A DNA stretch of 64,000 nt from Bugula neritina (lineage: Eukaryota; Animalia; Bryozoa). Both the position numbers and the translations under genes were made by a program. The stretch spans positions 18,878,259-18,942,258 of the forward strand of contig OZ037767.1 of the NCBI GenBank assembly GCA_964035545.1, given 5' to 3'. This document shows positions 26,864 to 39,400 of the stretch, in pieces (position 1 is the first letter of the stretch; the number at the start of each line of letters is the position of its first letter). The notes below the pieces were generated by a model, which saw only the letters and a program-made list of their open reading frames with translations, made no database searches and was not told the DNA's origin.

Positions 26864-29800
26864 ATGAGTGGGATGGAGGATGCCTCCCTAGCCGTCCCCG
26901 TATGCGAGACTGACTCTGGCAGTGATTTCAGTGATCAACTTTCCACTGATGGCTTAGGGTTTAACTTGAAATCTCACAGCACCCAGTCACTAAACGATGA
27001 CAATACCGTAGAGGTTCTCAACGCTGCCCAAATTGTAGAGTTTATGAATCGAACTATTGCTGACATTGCTAGCATTATAGAAGAGGAGACCACCATTACT
27101 AGACTTCTTTTGTCTCATTTTCACTGGGATAAGCAAGTGCTACTCGAGAGGTGGGTAAATGTCAGATAATAAAACTCACACGTTTATAGTCACTATCCTT
27201 GCTAGAACTGCTAATGGAAAAGGTTTTTCAAAGTGGCCTAAGGACTTATTTAGATCAGGCACAAGAGCAGTTATGACTAGACGCTCTTCCAATGGTCTTT
27301 ATTGGGACGCAAGTCCATGACCTCCAGTTTACTAATCCAATGCTCTAACCAAGCAAGAAAGCTTCTCAAACATTTTAATGTTTTGATTTCTAGACAGTCT
27401 CTTTGTTTAAGCAGAAGAGCAACTTTTCATTGTACTGATATGGCAAAAAAACTTGAGTTTTGCTTCAGCAATGAAACGTTTTTATTTTCTTGCATCGTGA
27501 TTCTTCTGCTGTATAACTTTTCTCCTGCATGCTCAACATTTATCAAACATTTCTCCTTTTATCCATTATATTTAATTTTGTTACATAAATTTGCAAGTTA
27601 TATAATGATTCGGTTCTTTGGTATAAAAGATATTTTCAACAGTTTTTGTTTAGGTTTTATGAAGGTGACAAAAGCGGTCTGTTCAAGGAAGCCAATATAG
27701 TACATCTGTACAAGAGTAACTCTCTAGAAGAAATCAACAGCCAGACAGTGTTTAGTGACGCTCTCCAGCATGTGCCTGCTAGTCCCATGTCATCAGCCCA
27801 GAGCCATGTGGCCGACAAATCCATCTCCTTCAGTGACGGCAAGCATCTTGGAGTAGATAAGGAGGTGTCTAAGTCCATCTTAGACATGAAATCTGTGAGC
27901 GAAAATGAATTTCAGCCAGTGAAGTTGGAGATTCGAGCTTCAACCAATCCGATTGCGAAAATTTCTGACTTGTCGGGAGATGGTCAGTTCGCTGCCAGTG
28001 CCGAGAGTTCGGTGAAGAGGGTCATTGCGGGAGGGGAGTGCGGGATTTGCTTTCTCCCTGCCGAGACAGCTGATCACAGCTTTCAGTTGTCTTGTGGTCA
28101 CAGATTTTGCTCCGAATGCTGGCAAGCTTATATCAAGCATTGTATTTTGAATGAAGGTGCATAGATTCTAGCCCTGTTGTATACAACTAATCAGCATAAT
28201 AGTTGTATAAACTCTTTTTTTTCAATTATTACAAATTCTATATAAATTATCATCTTGTTATTAATAATTGTGCATTATTTTACATTAATTGTATCAGTCA
28301 TACGTTATGAATGGAAAGACAAGTTGTCAAGCTGTGGTTTTCTTCAATGCTATGTAGCTTTCAAGAAAAACAAACAGCATAAAAATACACTTTGTATTTC
28401 TCTTTAAATTCATTTAGGTCTGTCTCAGAACATAACCTGTGCAGCTTTCAAATGCTTCATTTTGGTTGGAGATGCTAACGTAATGAACCTCATTGGCGAA
28501 AGTTCTGTAAAAGTAAAATTCCAGCAACTAATTTCCAACAGTTTTGTATCTTGTAACAAACACTTGAGGTGGTGCCCGGCCCCTGGATGTGATAAGGCTA
28601 TCAAGGTAACTGGTATAACAAGTTCTGCTGTATCTTCAAGCCATCTCTAATGAAATTCTCTTCTATGTGTCAAACACTATCACCTTCTTATTCATTATAC
28701 ATTCTGTGAAGTCGAAAGCTCTAATAGCAAACGCAACATTATTGAAACTATTTTTAGCAAAAATATATTGTTTATGTTTATAAATATACTAAGCATATAG
28801 CTGCAAAACTTTAGTTTTAATTGTTTATAACATAGCTGTTTCAATTTTAGTTTTTCTAACTCTACCCCATCTTACTATCTCACCTACCTAGCTTTAGCCC
28901 ACCTACCTAACTTTAGCTCACCTGACTAGCTTTAGCTCACCTAACCTTAACATGATTGTGTGTCAGGCAGATCTGGGTACTAAACAAGTGATGTGCTCAT
29001 GTGGAGCGAAGTTCTGCTTCCAGTGCGGAGAGAAATGGCATAACCCCGTTCACTGTGACTGGGTGAGGAACTGGAAAAGGAAGTGTGAGACAGACAGTTC
29101 AACCTCATCTTGGCTAGCAACCAATACCAAGGTAGTTGGTGGTGGTGGTTGTACTAAAATTATTTATAAACCTCTGTCTGAATTACCAAAATTCTCATTC
29201 AAGTTTTTTCTTTTTTAATCTATATTATGACATTTTATTATTTACTTTTATTATAGTATACAGGCGTGCATGTAAATATATATGTTTACTTGAGAGCTCT
29301 ACAATAAATTAAGATGTGTGAAGCAACGTGCTGCATTACGAGAACCAAAATACATTTTGTATAAGTAAGTGTATTATATTATATGCTTTAAATGTAATTA
29401 GGAATGTCCAAGATGCAAGGCAACCATTGAGAAAGATGGCGGTTGTAACCACATGGTGTGTAGGAAAGACAACTGCATGTACGAGTTCTGCTGGGTCTGT
29501 ATGGGTCCATGGCAGGAACACGGACAGAACGCTTGGTATAACTGCAATAGGTTCAACGAGAAGACCTCCAAGGATGCCAGAAGTGCCATGGACCGGTCTA
29601 GGAGCAGCATGATCAGGTAGGATCTTTCCGATTGCAAGCTACGAATGCTTTCATCTAAAAGCAAAGTTCAAATAGATGTAATTTGAAAACGCATTATATT
29701 TGCTACTTTACATATTAAATATGGAGCTTTTGTTTTTCTTTACTAATCATGTAGATGGTGATTAGGTAATTGATGTAGAAGGTACACACAATAAAACACT

Positions 29801-31193
29801 CTAATTTATATTTATAAAAATTGCATAAATTCTTATTTTTCTTGTGTATACTCATTACTTTATTTAGATTTCTTCATTACTTGAACCGCTACACCAACCA
29901 CGCGCAGAGTATGAAGTTTGAGACAGAACTCTACGAGAAGGTGAATAGACGCATCACAGAGCTACGGGATGGCCACGGACAAGCTTGGAACGAAGTGAAG
30001 TTTATACAACTAGCAGTAGACGTGTTATGTGGTGCAAGACAGACGTTGATGAACACGTACATATTTGCTTACTTTGTTGTTCCAACCAACCAGACTATGA
30101 TATTTGAAGAGAATCAAAGAGATCTAGAAGTGGCTACGGAGCAGCTATCCGAATATCTTGAAAGAGACATCTTTAAAAAAAGTAGGTCTATAGTAGATTT
30201 TCTTTTAGTATTGAGATTGTTACATTATTCTCTTCTCACCAAGTTCTGTTTTATTGTTCTCTAATATGTAAGAAAATAACTCTACAGTCTAAGCTATGCA
30301 TGAAAAGTACAACAGTCAATGAGAAAATAACTCTTAATGAGCAGTGTATATTTATAGTGAACAGGTATATGAATACATCAATCACATTAGTTCAATTAAA
30401 CAGTTTTAAAAATGGCACATCGTATTGAAAAGTTAAATAAGTCTGCAACCTGTTTAGTTAATAGTGATGCTTTCTAATTGAGGACTGGTTGAGGTTGATC
30501 AAAATACAAACCATTGCCATGGCGGCATGTTTTATAACATGATGCTAGTCAATAGACAAAGAAAGCTCTAACTAACATTGAACTATACATTCGTCTTCTT
30601 AGCAATTTATAGCAGATTGTTGCTAATAAACACACTATATGATAGAATTTGGATATTATAAATATTTCCACTTCAAACAAAGTCTAAAGGAGGCAAATTT
30701 TATTTCAACTAATAAGATTATAAGACTATTAAGGACATTCACTTATAATTTGCTTTTTAGTGGTTTACAGATCCATTTACTAGTTGGCCTATCTATAACT
30801 GTAGTAACTTGTATAGTTTATTGCACCAAACAAAATAGATAAGACCACTTGGTCAGACTGTGCTACTATCTGTTTAACATACTGGAAATCGTAAAAAAAA
30901 AGAAGTTAGGTTTTTGCTTTTTTTTTCTTCGTCAACGCAGGTCTTCACTTACAAGCTCTTATTTCTCAGTACTCACCGTTAACTCAGATATTGGTTTCAA
31001 GTCCTTTTCAAGAGACTTATGTAATATCTTCTACAACAGCTGGTGATTTTTATATTTTTCAGGCATAGAAGAGATCAAACAAGAAGTGATTGACAAAACG
31101 AATTATTGTGGCAAAAGATGCTCAGCTCTCGTCTCTCACGTCCAGGAAGGGTACGACAACTGCTCGTGGCAGTTCGCTACAAACCTTCGCTGA
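26864..31193 (+). CDS. ARIH1: Ariadne-1-like RBR (RING1-IBR-RING2) E3 ubiquitin ligase, 7 exons, about 600 aa
   Basis: Exons 26864-27150, 27654-28156, 28418-28605, 28967-29131, 29402-29616, 29868-30181, 31063-31193 (1803 nt, phases consistent). UBA-like [19 protein letters not shown]; RING1 CGIC...[10 protein letters not shown]; [10 protein letters not shown]...[21 protein letters not shown]; RING2 [21 protein letters not shown]...FCWVC; Ariadne domain [13 protein letters not shown]...[22 protein letters not shown]. Confidence 0.95.
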
Positions 31194-32553
31194 AATAATT
31201 AAGCTTCATATGTAGCCTTTCATAAGAAAAATCAATTTCCTGCACTCTAAGGCAGTAGAATGGCTTTTTTAAACAGTATTATTAAGAATTCTTCAACAAA
31301 ACTGTGACATTCTAACCATCTAAATTTTCTAAGATAAATAATGCATTTTTCATCAGTTTGTTGTTATATAAACATGTAATGAAAGTAAAATTATTTCTGA
31401 AATTAACATGCAAGGGGTTTATCAAATTTTGACAAACACAATAAAAGCAACTCCATGTTATATATTAAAAATGTTGGACTAATATTTAATATTTTTCCTA
31501 TTCCATCTCCATGCTCTCTATGATTTAATTTAATGCAGGTTTAAGCGTTGAACTCAGCAAATAACAATTCTCTCTCGAGTGTTATTAGCAGAATAGACTT
31601 AAAGTCTTTCATACATGTTGCAAAAGATGCACATATGTGTATAAACTTAATTAGTAATACCAGATATTGTTAAAATAATCAGTACTGGTAATGGAAAAAT
31701 TGGCATTTGTGTCACAAGGAAATAGTATTGGTAATGCAATAATTGGTATTCTTGAAGCAGATTTGGATATGCATTAACGAAGCATTTAGCTTCCTTAGTT
31801 CACTAAAGCTGTTTTAATTTACAAAAAACTCATTTTATAAAAAAATGTCTATATAAAGTATTTAGCATGTTTTTTTTTCTGAATTATAGTCTTTTTTGGC
31901 AAATGTTGAACAGCTAGAAAGAAAATCTCAAAATACCAGACATGTAACTTTTATTTATTCATTTATAACCCAAAGTCGAAAAGATCATACATTTTTCAAG
32001 TAGGCCTATAACCATAACAACTAAATTATTTTAGCAACTTTATTAGTTGTAGATTGCATACTGATAAATAATTTAAAATTTTTAAAATTCTCCAGTATTT
32101 AGCAAAAAGCTATGTATTATAATATATCTGTGCATAATACAAGGCAATACATGCATTACAAAAATGGTATAAGCGTAATAGTTTTGCAAAACACGTTTTT
32201 GCTTTAAAGCAATTAATTTCATCAAATTTATATCTAAGAATCAAACTTTTCTAACACTACTAAACATTAATTTTATCACTGTTTGTAAAGTAGCGAGTTA
32301 TGTAATATAATTTATATTGCAAATGTTCAACTCGCATTTCCTATTTACAGTAAAATACCGCCATAGAAATTTTGGTCAAAATAAAAGAGATATATTAAAA
32401 TAGATTATGCTTTAAATATATTAGTACATAAATATAAAAACTCCTTTATCTGAATCAGGTGGAGTCAAAAGATGCAAGGCTAATATAATTACTAACATTC
32501 TCAATATTTTCATATCATTTAGGTTTGATTTATAAAAAATGTAAAAATTGGAG

Positions 32554-33425
32554 TCAAGATAAAGGATGATCAGGATATTGAAACATCTCAAAGTCAATTC
32601 GATACAGATCCTGTAAATACTTTAAAGTGCTGTGGCTCACATCTCCCCATAAGTCTTCATATAGAATGCTAGTCTTATTTGCCTTTTCATTGGGTAACAG
32701 ATGACTGTTGGCATCTGCTATAGTTTGATCTATGTCTTCAAAACCGAATGCATTCAAAATAACTCTTTCATCTGATTTCATTGTTTCTATTTTACCTGCA
32801 AACAAAATAAACACACACTTGTGTTCGACTACTAACAATACAATAACTAATTTCTAAATACTGTGGAACTAAATATGTACATAATGTAAATTGTCATTAG
32901 TATACCCATATATTTAATCCATATTGTACATCTACAATTACTTACTGGAAGTATATTTACACTATAAAAGTAAATATTTTCACTGTACTTACTTTATCTA
33001 CTCATATGTACTGATATTGCTAAATTATTATTATAACTGCACATGGTAGAGTAATTTTACAATAGTTTTCATGAATATCCCTGGTTTGTTAAATTAGAGC
33101 TGTGCTGAAGCAAAAATACCATTGCCTAATCCTCCAACATAATAAAACAACTCAGCTAACCAATGAAAGTATACTCAAGGTCACAGAATGAACACATGTG
33201 GTACTGGGGTCTCCAGTGGCCATTCTGTGCTAGGATTCCTCCTTCTTTGTGTTGGCCAATCACACACATCTCCAAGTAGTTAACAAACGACATTGCTTGT
33301 TCTCTATTAATTCTGTAATATCTAGAAATATATATATATATATATATAAAATAAAAGTAATGAACGATAAAATTTGATTTAAAACACTTTATTACTACTA
33401 GTTTCTTTAGTGGTAAACTATACAC

Positions 33426-33497
<72 letters not shown>

Positions 33498-36400
33498 GCT
33501 GTAGTGTGAGTTTGTTAAACAGCAGATAAAAGAGTGCTCAAATTATTATATGTACAATAATGAGCAATTATATTATCAAGAAAAAGAGCAATTTAATTAG
33601 ATTTTATTCTATTATGCTGCTATTAGTTTCATGTCTCTTCATCACAATATTGAATTCAAACTTTTACATTAAGAAAATCAACATGTTAAACAAAACGTAA
33701 AAAAACATAACATAACAGTATATATTGTGGTGGTTCGTGGAACTACCAGCAGCACAACATGTAGGGTCGCGTAATTGACCCGGAACAATGGATAGCCAAT
33801 TAGCGTAGTTGATAGTTAGCAGCAATTGTAGTTTCCCGCTGCTAACTCAGTCGAAGCTAGAGTGTGAAATAGACTAGATGTGTAACTTGTTTGGAAATAA
33901 TGTATCGTGTTTTTATAATGTATAGTTGTGTGTAAAATATACTCGTTCACTCGACTTATCCTGGTGCAGTTCTATAGTAGATAAATAGACTCTCTGGATA
34001 GCACATCAACCCTAAATCTGAAAATCTTAACAGTGGTGGCAGCGGTGGGATAGTGCATCCAAGATGGAGACTGAAAATGCTGGAACTCAACCACCGGCAA
34101 TCGAAGGTGAGCGTAGAGACAATGCTGTAGAGACAATGCCTGTTAACCATGTAGTAGAAGAGCGAAGGGTTCCGCGAGAACTAGCTGAAGACCGCTACAG
34201 GTTAAAGGCGCCCACCTTCACGGGTGAAGAGGGGGTGGAACAATTTATCCAAGAGTTTAGCGACGTAATGGACGTCGCTCAGTGGCCCCCTAGGGTGGCC
34301 CTGCTGAAGCTTAGAATGGCATTGATGGACAAAGCCAAGCCCTATGGGCTGGGCGTAGACATTGATAATATCTTTGCTTCTCTGCGGGCCCGCTTTGGCC
34401 TCTCTGCTACAGATGCCAGGGCCCGATTGCAGAGGTTGCGGCGTGATCCCCGCACCCCGCTGCGGGAGCATGCCGCCGCGGTCATGAAGCTGGCACAGAT
34501 CGCGTACAGCGACTTGCCCCCAGTCAACCGCGAGAGGTACACCCTCGACGCTTTCATAGCATCTGTCGACGATCTGGGTCTCCACCACCAGTTTCTAGCT
34601 AGGGGAGTCACCACCGTCGAAGATGCTCTGACTGAGGGGGAAGCTTACCTCCTAGCTAATCAAATGCATAAAAGTCGCGGAAGCTCCCGCCAAGTGGAGA
34701 TAGACCGTGCAGACACGGCCGCGGGACAAGGGGAGGAAACACCCGCCGCGGCTGCCGTGTCCCAGTTGGCGACGGCATCAAAAGTCACTCAACTGACGGA
34801 CATGCTAGCCAAGCTGATAGCAACACTGACACCGCAAAACCCAGTGAGTACCGCCCCTGAGCCCATGCGGCCATCGGCGCCGCCACAGGGAGAAACAGTC
34901 AGTTTTTGCTGGGAGTGCGGAAATCAAGGACATTTCCGCCGATATTGTCCCTTCCTAAATCAGGGGTTAAACTACCGCGGCCCGCAGATGTTCCCACCTT
35001 CCGCGGGCCGACGATGAAACCTCTAGGGAAGAAGAAACGCAGGTCACCCAGACGGGTACCGCGTACTGGCAACCAACAGTGGCAACAGCCACGACGGACC
35101 AGCAAGGGGCTTCGCCCCGCGGCTGCCTTTTCTATGCCCCTTCACAACAGATTCACAGGGCTACAAGTCCAAGAATCTGGATGGGAGCACACAAAGGTAG
35201 CTGAGAATCTAGCCTCGGCACCCCCGAGGCCTACCTATCACCGCCCCAAGAGACCTCCTTCGTGACCCAAAGCGAGGGAGGTACTCCCTGCGAGAGTAAG
35301 GCCTGAAGGGAGAGTTCAGGTGCAGCCCCATGGGAACAGCTATTTCTTGCCCGGTAAACTGGAAGGCAAAGCTGTTACTTTTCTCATTGATTCGGGCTGT
35401 ACCACAAACCTCTTAAGCCGCCAACTCTTCGACACCCTCAGCGCTAGGGTCAGGGGCGAGATGGAAGCATACGAAGGGGAATACGGCACCCTAGCTGACG
35501 GGTCGTGCCTTCCCTTCTATGGTATAATTGAGCTGACGGGACGAGTCCGCGATCAAACGATCCAAGAGACGTTCATCGTCAGTCAGCTCAAGGAGGATGC
35601 TATCCTCGGGATGCCGTTCCTTAAACGGCACGGATGTCACATAGATTTTAGCAGATCTGCAATGATGATGTCCGGGCGGGAACTCGCCTGCGTCGACAAG
35701 TTCGGCCGACCTTTAGTGGGAGGTGTGCAAGTGGTACGCAACCGTACCATACCAGGCCGCTCCCGGGCTACCATTCACTGCAGGGTGAATAGTAGCCGGA
35801 TCTCTGGACTCGGGGTTGTTGAAGGCGCGCACGAAAAGATCCAACTTGCCAGCAGTCTGAATCAGCTGACTGAGCAAGGGGAGATCTTAGTGCAGTGCGT
35901 CAACCCCTTTACCGAGCCTATCAAGCTCCCGGCTGGGTCGATGCTGGGCCGTTTTCACTCTGTTCAGGAGGGAGACGTAGGCTCGTCGCTGGGTGATGCG
36001 ACAGAGGCACTCCCTCGACACCCTATTCAGGGACGAGGGGCAGTCCCAACACATCTCCGGGAGTTATATGAAACAGCCAGTGGCGGCTGCGCGAGTAACC
36101 GGGAACGCCAAGCTATGGCTAAGTTACTACGCGACTACGGTGATGTGTTCAGCAGCGGGGAGCATGACGTGGGACTGACTGGAATTGTCAGACACGAAAT
36201 ACCGCTGACTGCAGGGACAGTCCCTGTCCGGCAGCCCACCCGCAGGTTGGGGCCGGAGAAAGAGAAGGAGGTTAGCCGACAAGTACGGGATCTTCTGGAC
36301 CGGGGACTGATAGAGCCCGCCCATAGTGCGTGGAGCTCGCCAGTCGTACTGGTCCGGAAGAAAGACGGCAGTTGGCGGTTCTGTGTGGACTACCGCAAAC

Positions 36401-39400
36401 TCAATAGCGTAACCATACAGGACGCCTACCCTCTACCTCGTATTGACGAGTCATTGGACGCCCTAGCCGGCAGCAAGTACTTCAGTACGTTAGACTTGCT
36501 AAGCGGCTATTGGCAAGTTCCTCTGAGTCCCGACGCCCAGGAGAAAGCGACGTTTATTACACGGGACGGTTTGTGGAAGTGGAAGGTGCTGCCCTTCGGG
36601 TTAACTTCCGCCCCAGCCACCTTCCAGAGGCTGATGGAACAAGTAAGTCCTTAGCGGACTCCATTGGAAGACACTGCTGGTCTACCTCGATGATGTCATC
36701 GTAATCTCCCCAGACTTCGAGACACATGTCAGTCGTCTGCAGGAGGTTTTCGAGAGACTCCGAGGTGCCGGTCTTAAGCTCAAACCTTCCAAGTGCGCTC
36801 TATTGCAGCCGGAGGTCAAGTACCTGGGGCACGTTGTCGGTCGAAACGGCGTGGCAACGGATCCCGAAAAGGTACGGGCAGTAGAAGACTGGGTCACCCC
36901 CCAAGACTTGACCGGACTCCGGGCTTTCTTGGGGCTGGTAGGGTATTACAGGCAATACATACCAGACTTTGCGGGCATAGCCCAGCCGTTAAACCGGCTC
37001 ACCGCAAAGGGAGTGACGTGGCAGTGGACTCCAGTCGAACAAGAAGCGTTCGACCGCCTCAAGGGCTGCCTACTAACGGCGCCCATCTTGGCCTACCCAG
37101 ACCCCACTCTGGAGTACATCCTTGACACGGACGCCAGTGACCAGAATGTTGGCGCTGTGCTGTCACAAGTGCAGGAAGGCCGAGAGGTAGTAGTAGCCTA
37201 CTACAGCAAGTCTCTCTCACCCGCTGAACAAAATTACTGCACTACCCGCAAGGAGCTGCTGGCAGTAATCAAGTCAGTGAAGCACTTCAGACCATACCTA
37301 TACGGCAGGAAGTTCCGGCTGCGTACGGATCATGCCTCGCTGATCTGGTTGTGCAGGAGAGCAGAGCCCTCTAGTCAGGTCGCCCGGTGGCTCGAAATCC
37401 TAGCTGAATTCTCGTACCGGATCGAACACCGACCGGGCAAGAGACACAGCAATGCGGATGGGTTGAGTCGCCGACCTGACGGAGGTTGCAAACAGTGTCT
37501 CAACATCGAGAGGAGGGATGGAGGTCCCCCACGATGCGAGTTGGAGACGCTGGCTCATCACTGAGCACCGTTTGATTGGGATCAAGGTCAACTCAGGCAA
37601 AGAGTTGATGAGTCCCCGGAGGATGTACAAAACCTCCGCGCCAACCCTGTACTGGCCGGTAATGTTCGAGAGCTGAAGAAGCTCCAAGAAGAGCTGCCTG
37701 GAGTCGTGGCAGACATATACCGGGCCAAAAGGGAAGGGCGACGACCCAGCGAGGAACGCATACGACAGGGATGCGCCGAGTTCCGGCTATACTGTCAGCG
37801 TTGAGACTCGCTGCGGATCGGGCAGGATGGGTTGCTAACCATCTCTCTAGCTGCCAGCGGCAGACACCCGGAAAGGAAGAGGGTAGTCTGCTCCACAGCC
37901 ATCCGCCGTGAGTTGATTTGGGATACTCACAAGCAGGCCCACGCAGGGGTCAAGCGAGTGATATCCAAATTACGACTTCGGTGGTATTGGCCACAAATGG
38001 AGCGTGATGTCCGGCTCAGAGTCAAACAGTGTGAGATCTGCCAGGCCAGTAAGCATAGCCGCCCCCCTGGTGAAGCAGGACGGCGGAGGCTATACGCTGG
38101 TAGGCCCTGGCAAGTAGTCGCTGTAGACCTGGTCGGACCCATGCCCCTGACCCCCAGAGGCAATAATTGGATCCTAGTACTAACCGACCACTTTACTAGG
38201 TGGGCGGATGCTCTGGCTATCCCAGACGCATCAGCCCCAACAGTGGCCAGGGCACTAGACCAACACGTATTCTGTTATTTTGGGCTCCCCGAACAGATAC
38301 ACTCTGATCAAGGCGCTCAATTCCAGTCTCAACTGATGAGCGACCTTTGCCGCCTCTGGGGAGTAAATCAGAGCAGGACCACCCCCTACCACCCTCAAGG
38401 TAACGGGGTGGTGGAGCGCAACAACCGGATGCTAGGTGATGCACTCCGGAGTCTCCTCCTTGGACGCGGTCAAGAGGAATGGGATACGGTGTTGCCGCAA
38501 GTCATGCGTGCATACCGTAGCACCCCACACACCAGTACTGGTGAGACCCCAAACCTCTTGATGCTCGGGAGAGAGACTCGTGTCCCCGACCATCTCACCT
38601 ATCACGTTCCAGAGCAAGATAACTCAGTCCACGAGTATGCCAGTGAACTAGTGGAACGGATGAAGGCCGCACACGAGATACTGCGCCAACAGCAGTGGAA
38701 GGTGCGGCACGAAGATTCCGATGAACCACCCCTCTATCAAAGGGGAGATAAGGTGTGGATGGTCAATTACCGTAGGCGCCGCGGACAGGCTGATAAGCTG
38801 AAGCCTAAGTTCGTAGGCCCCTACGTGGTTGTCGAGGCTATGCCCAATCATACGTACAAGATCGAGCGCTCAGGACAGGTATCTATCCAGAATGAGTCTC
38901 GCTTGAAACCGTATTGGGCTAGCCCCGGCGGAGTGGGAGAAGCCCCCCCGTTGTTAGAGCCCAGGAGGCAGACAACAACGCGCGGGCGACGGCGGTATGG
39001 ACCTGAATACGAAGTGGTCATACCGCGGGAAGAAAACTTGGTGAGAGAGGAGCGGCAGCTTCTACCAACAGAAGCGTGTCCGCCACCGCCAAGTCTAATT
39101 CCATCACTTCCAGAAACCGAGCCGGTTCCGGAAGTGCAAACCCCCACGGAGGGAGGGGCTCCATCCGGAGAACAAGAAGAGGTGACTGCTGACGGTGAAG
39201 TAGAGACGCCATTAGAGGCCCCTACTAACGAACCGGCAAGCGTGTCACCCCCCCTAGAAAGGGGACAGCGTACGAGGCAACCCCCCGCATACTTGAAGGA
39301 CTTCGTATATGACTGCGTTAAAAGCGGCACGCATGAAAGTCTAGGGGAAAGCCGTACGAGAAAAGAATCGAGCAAATGTGGGAGTTGTCAACACCACGGA

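Noticed and set aside
37562-37804. Programmed readthrough or selenocysteine at pol TGA codons
   Set aside because: Each is one change from CGA or TGG and co-occurs with a frameshift; decay is the simpler explanation.
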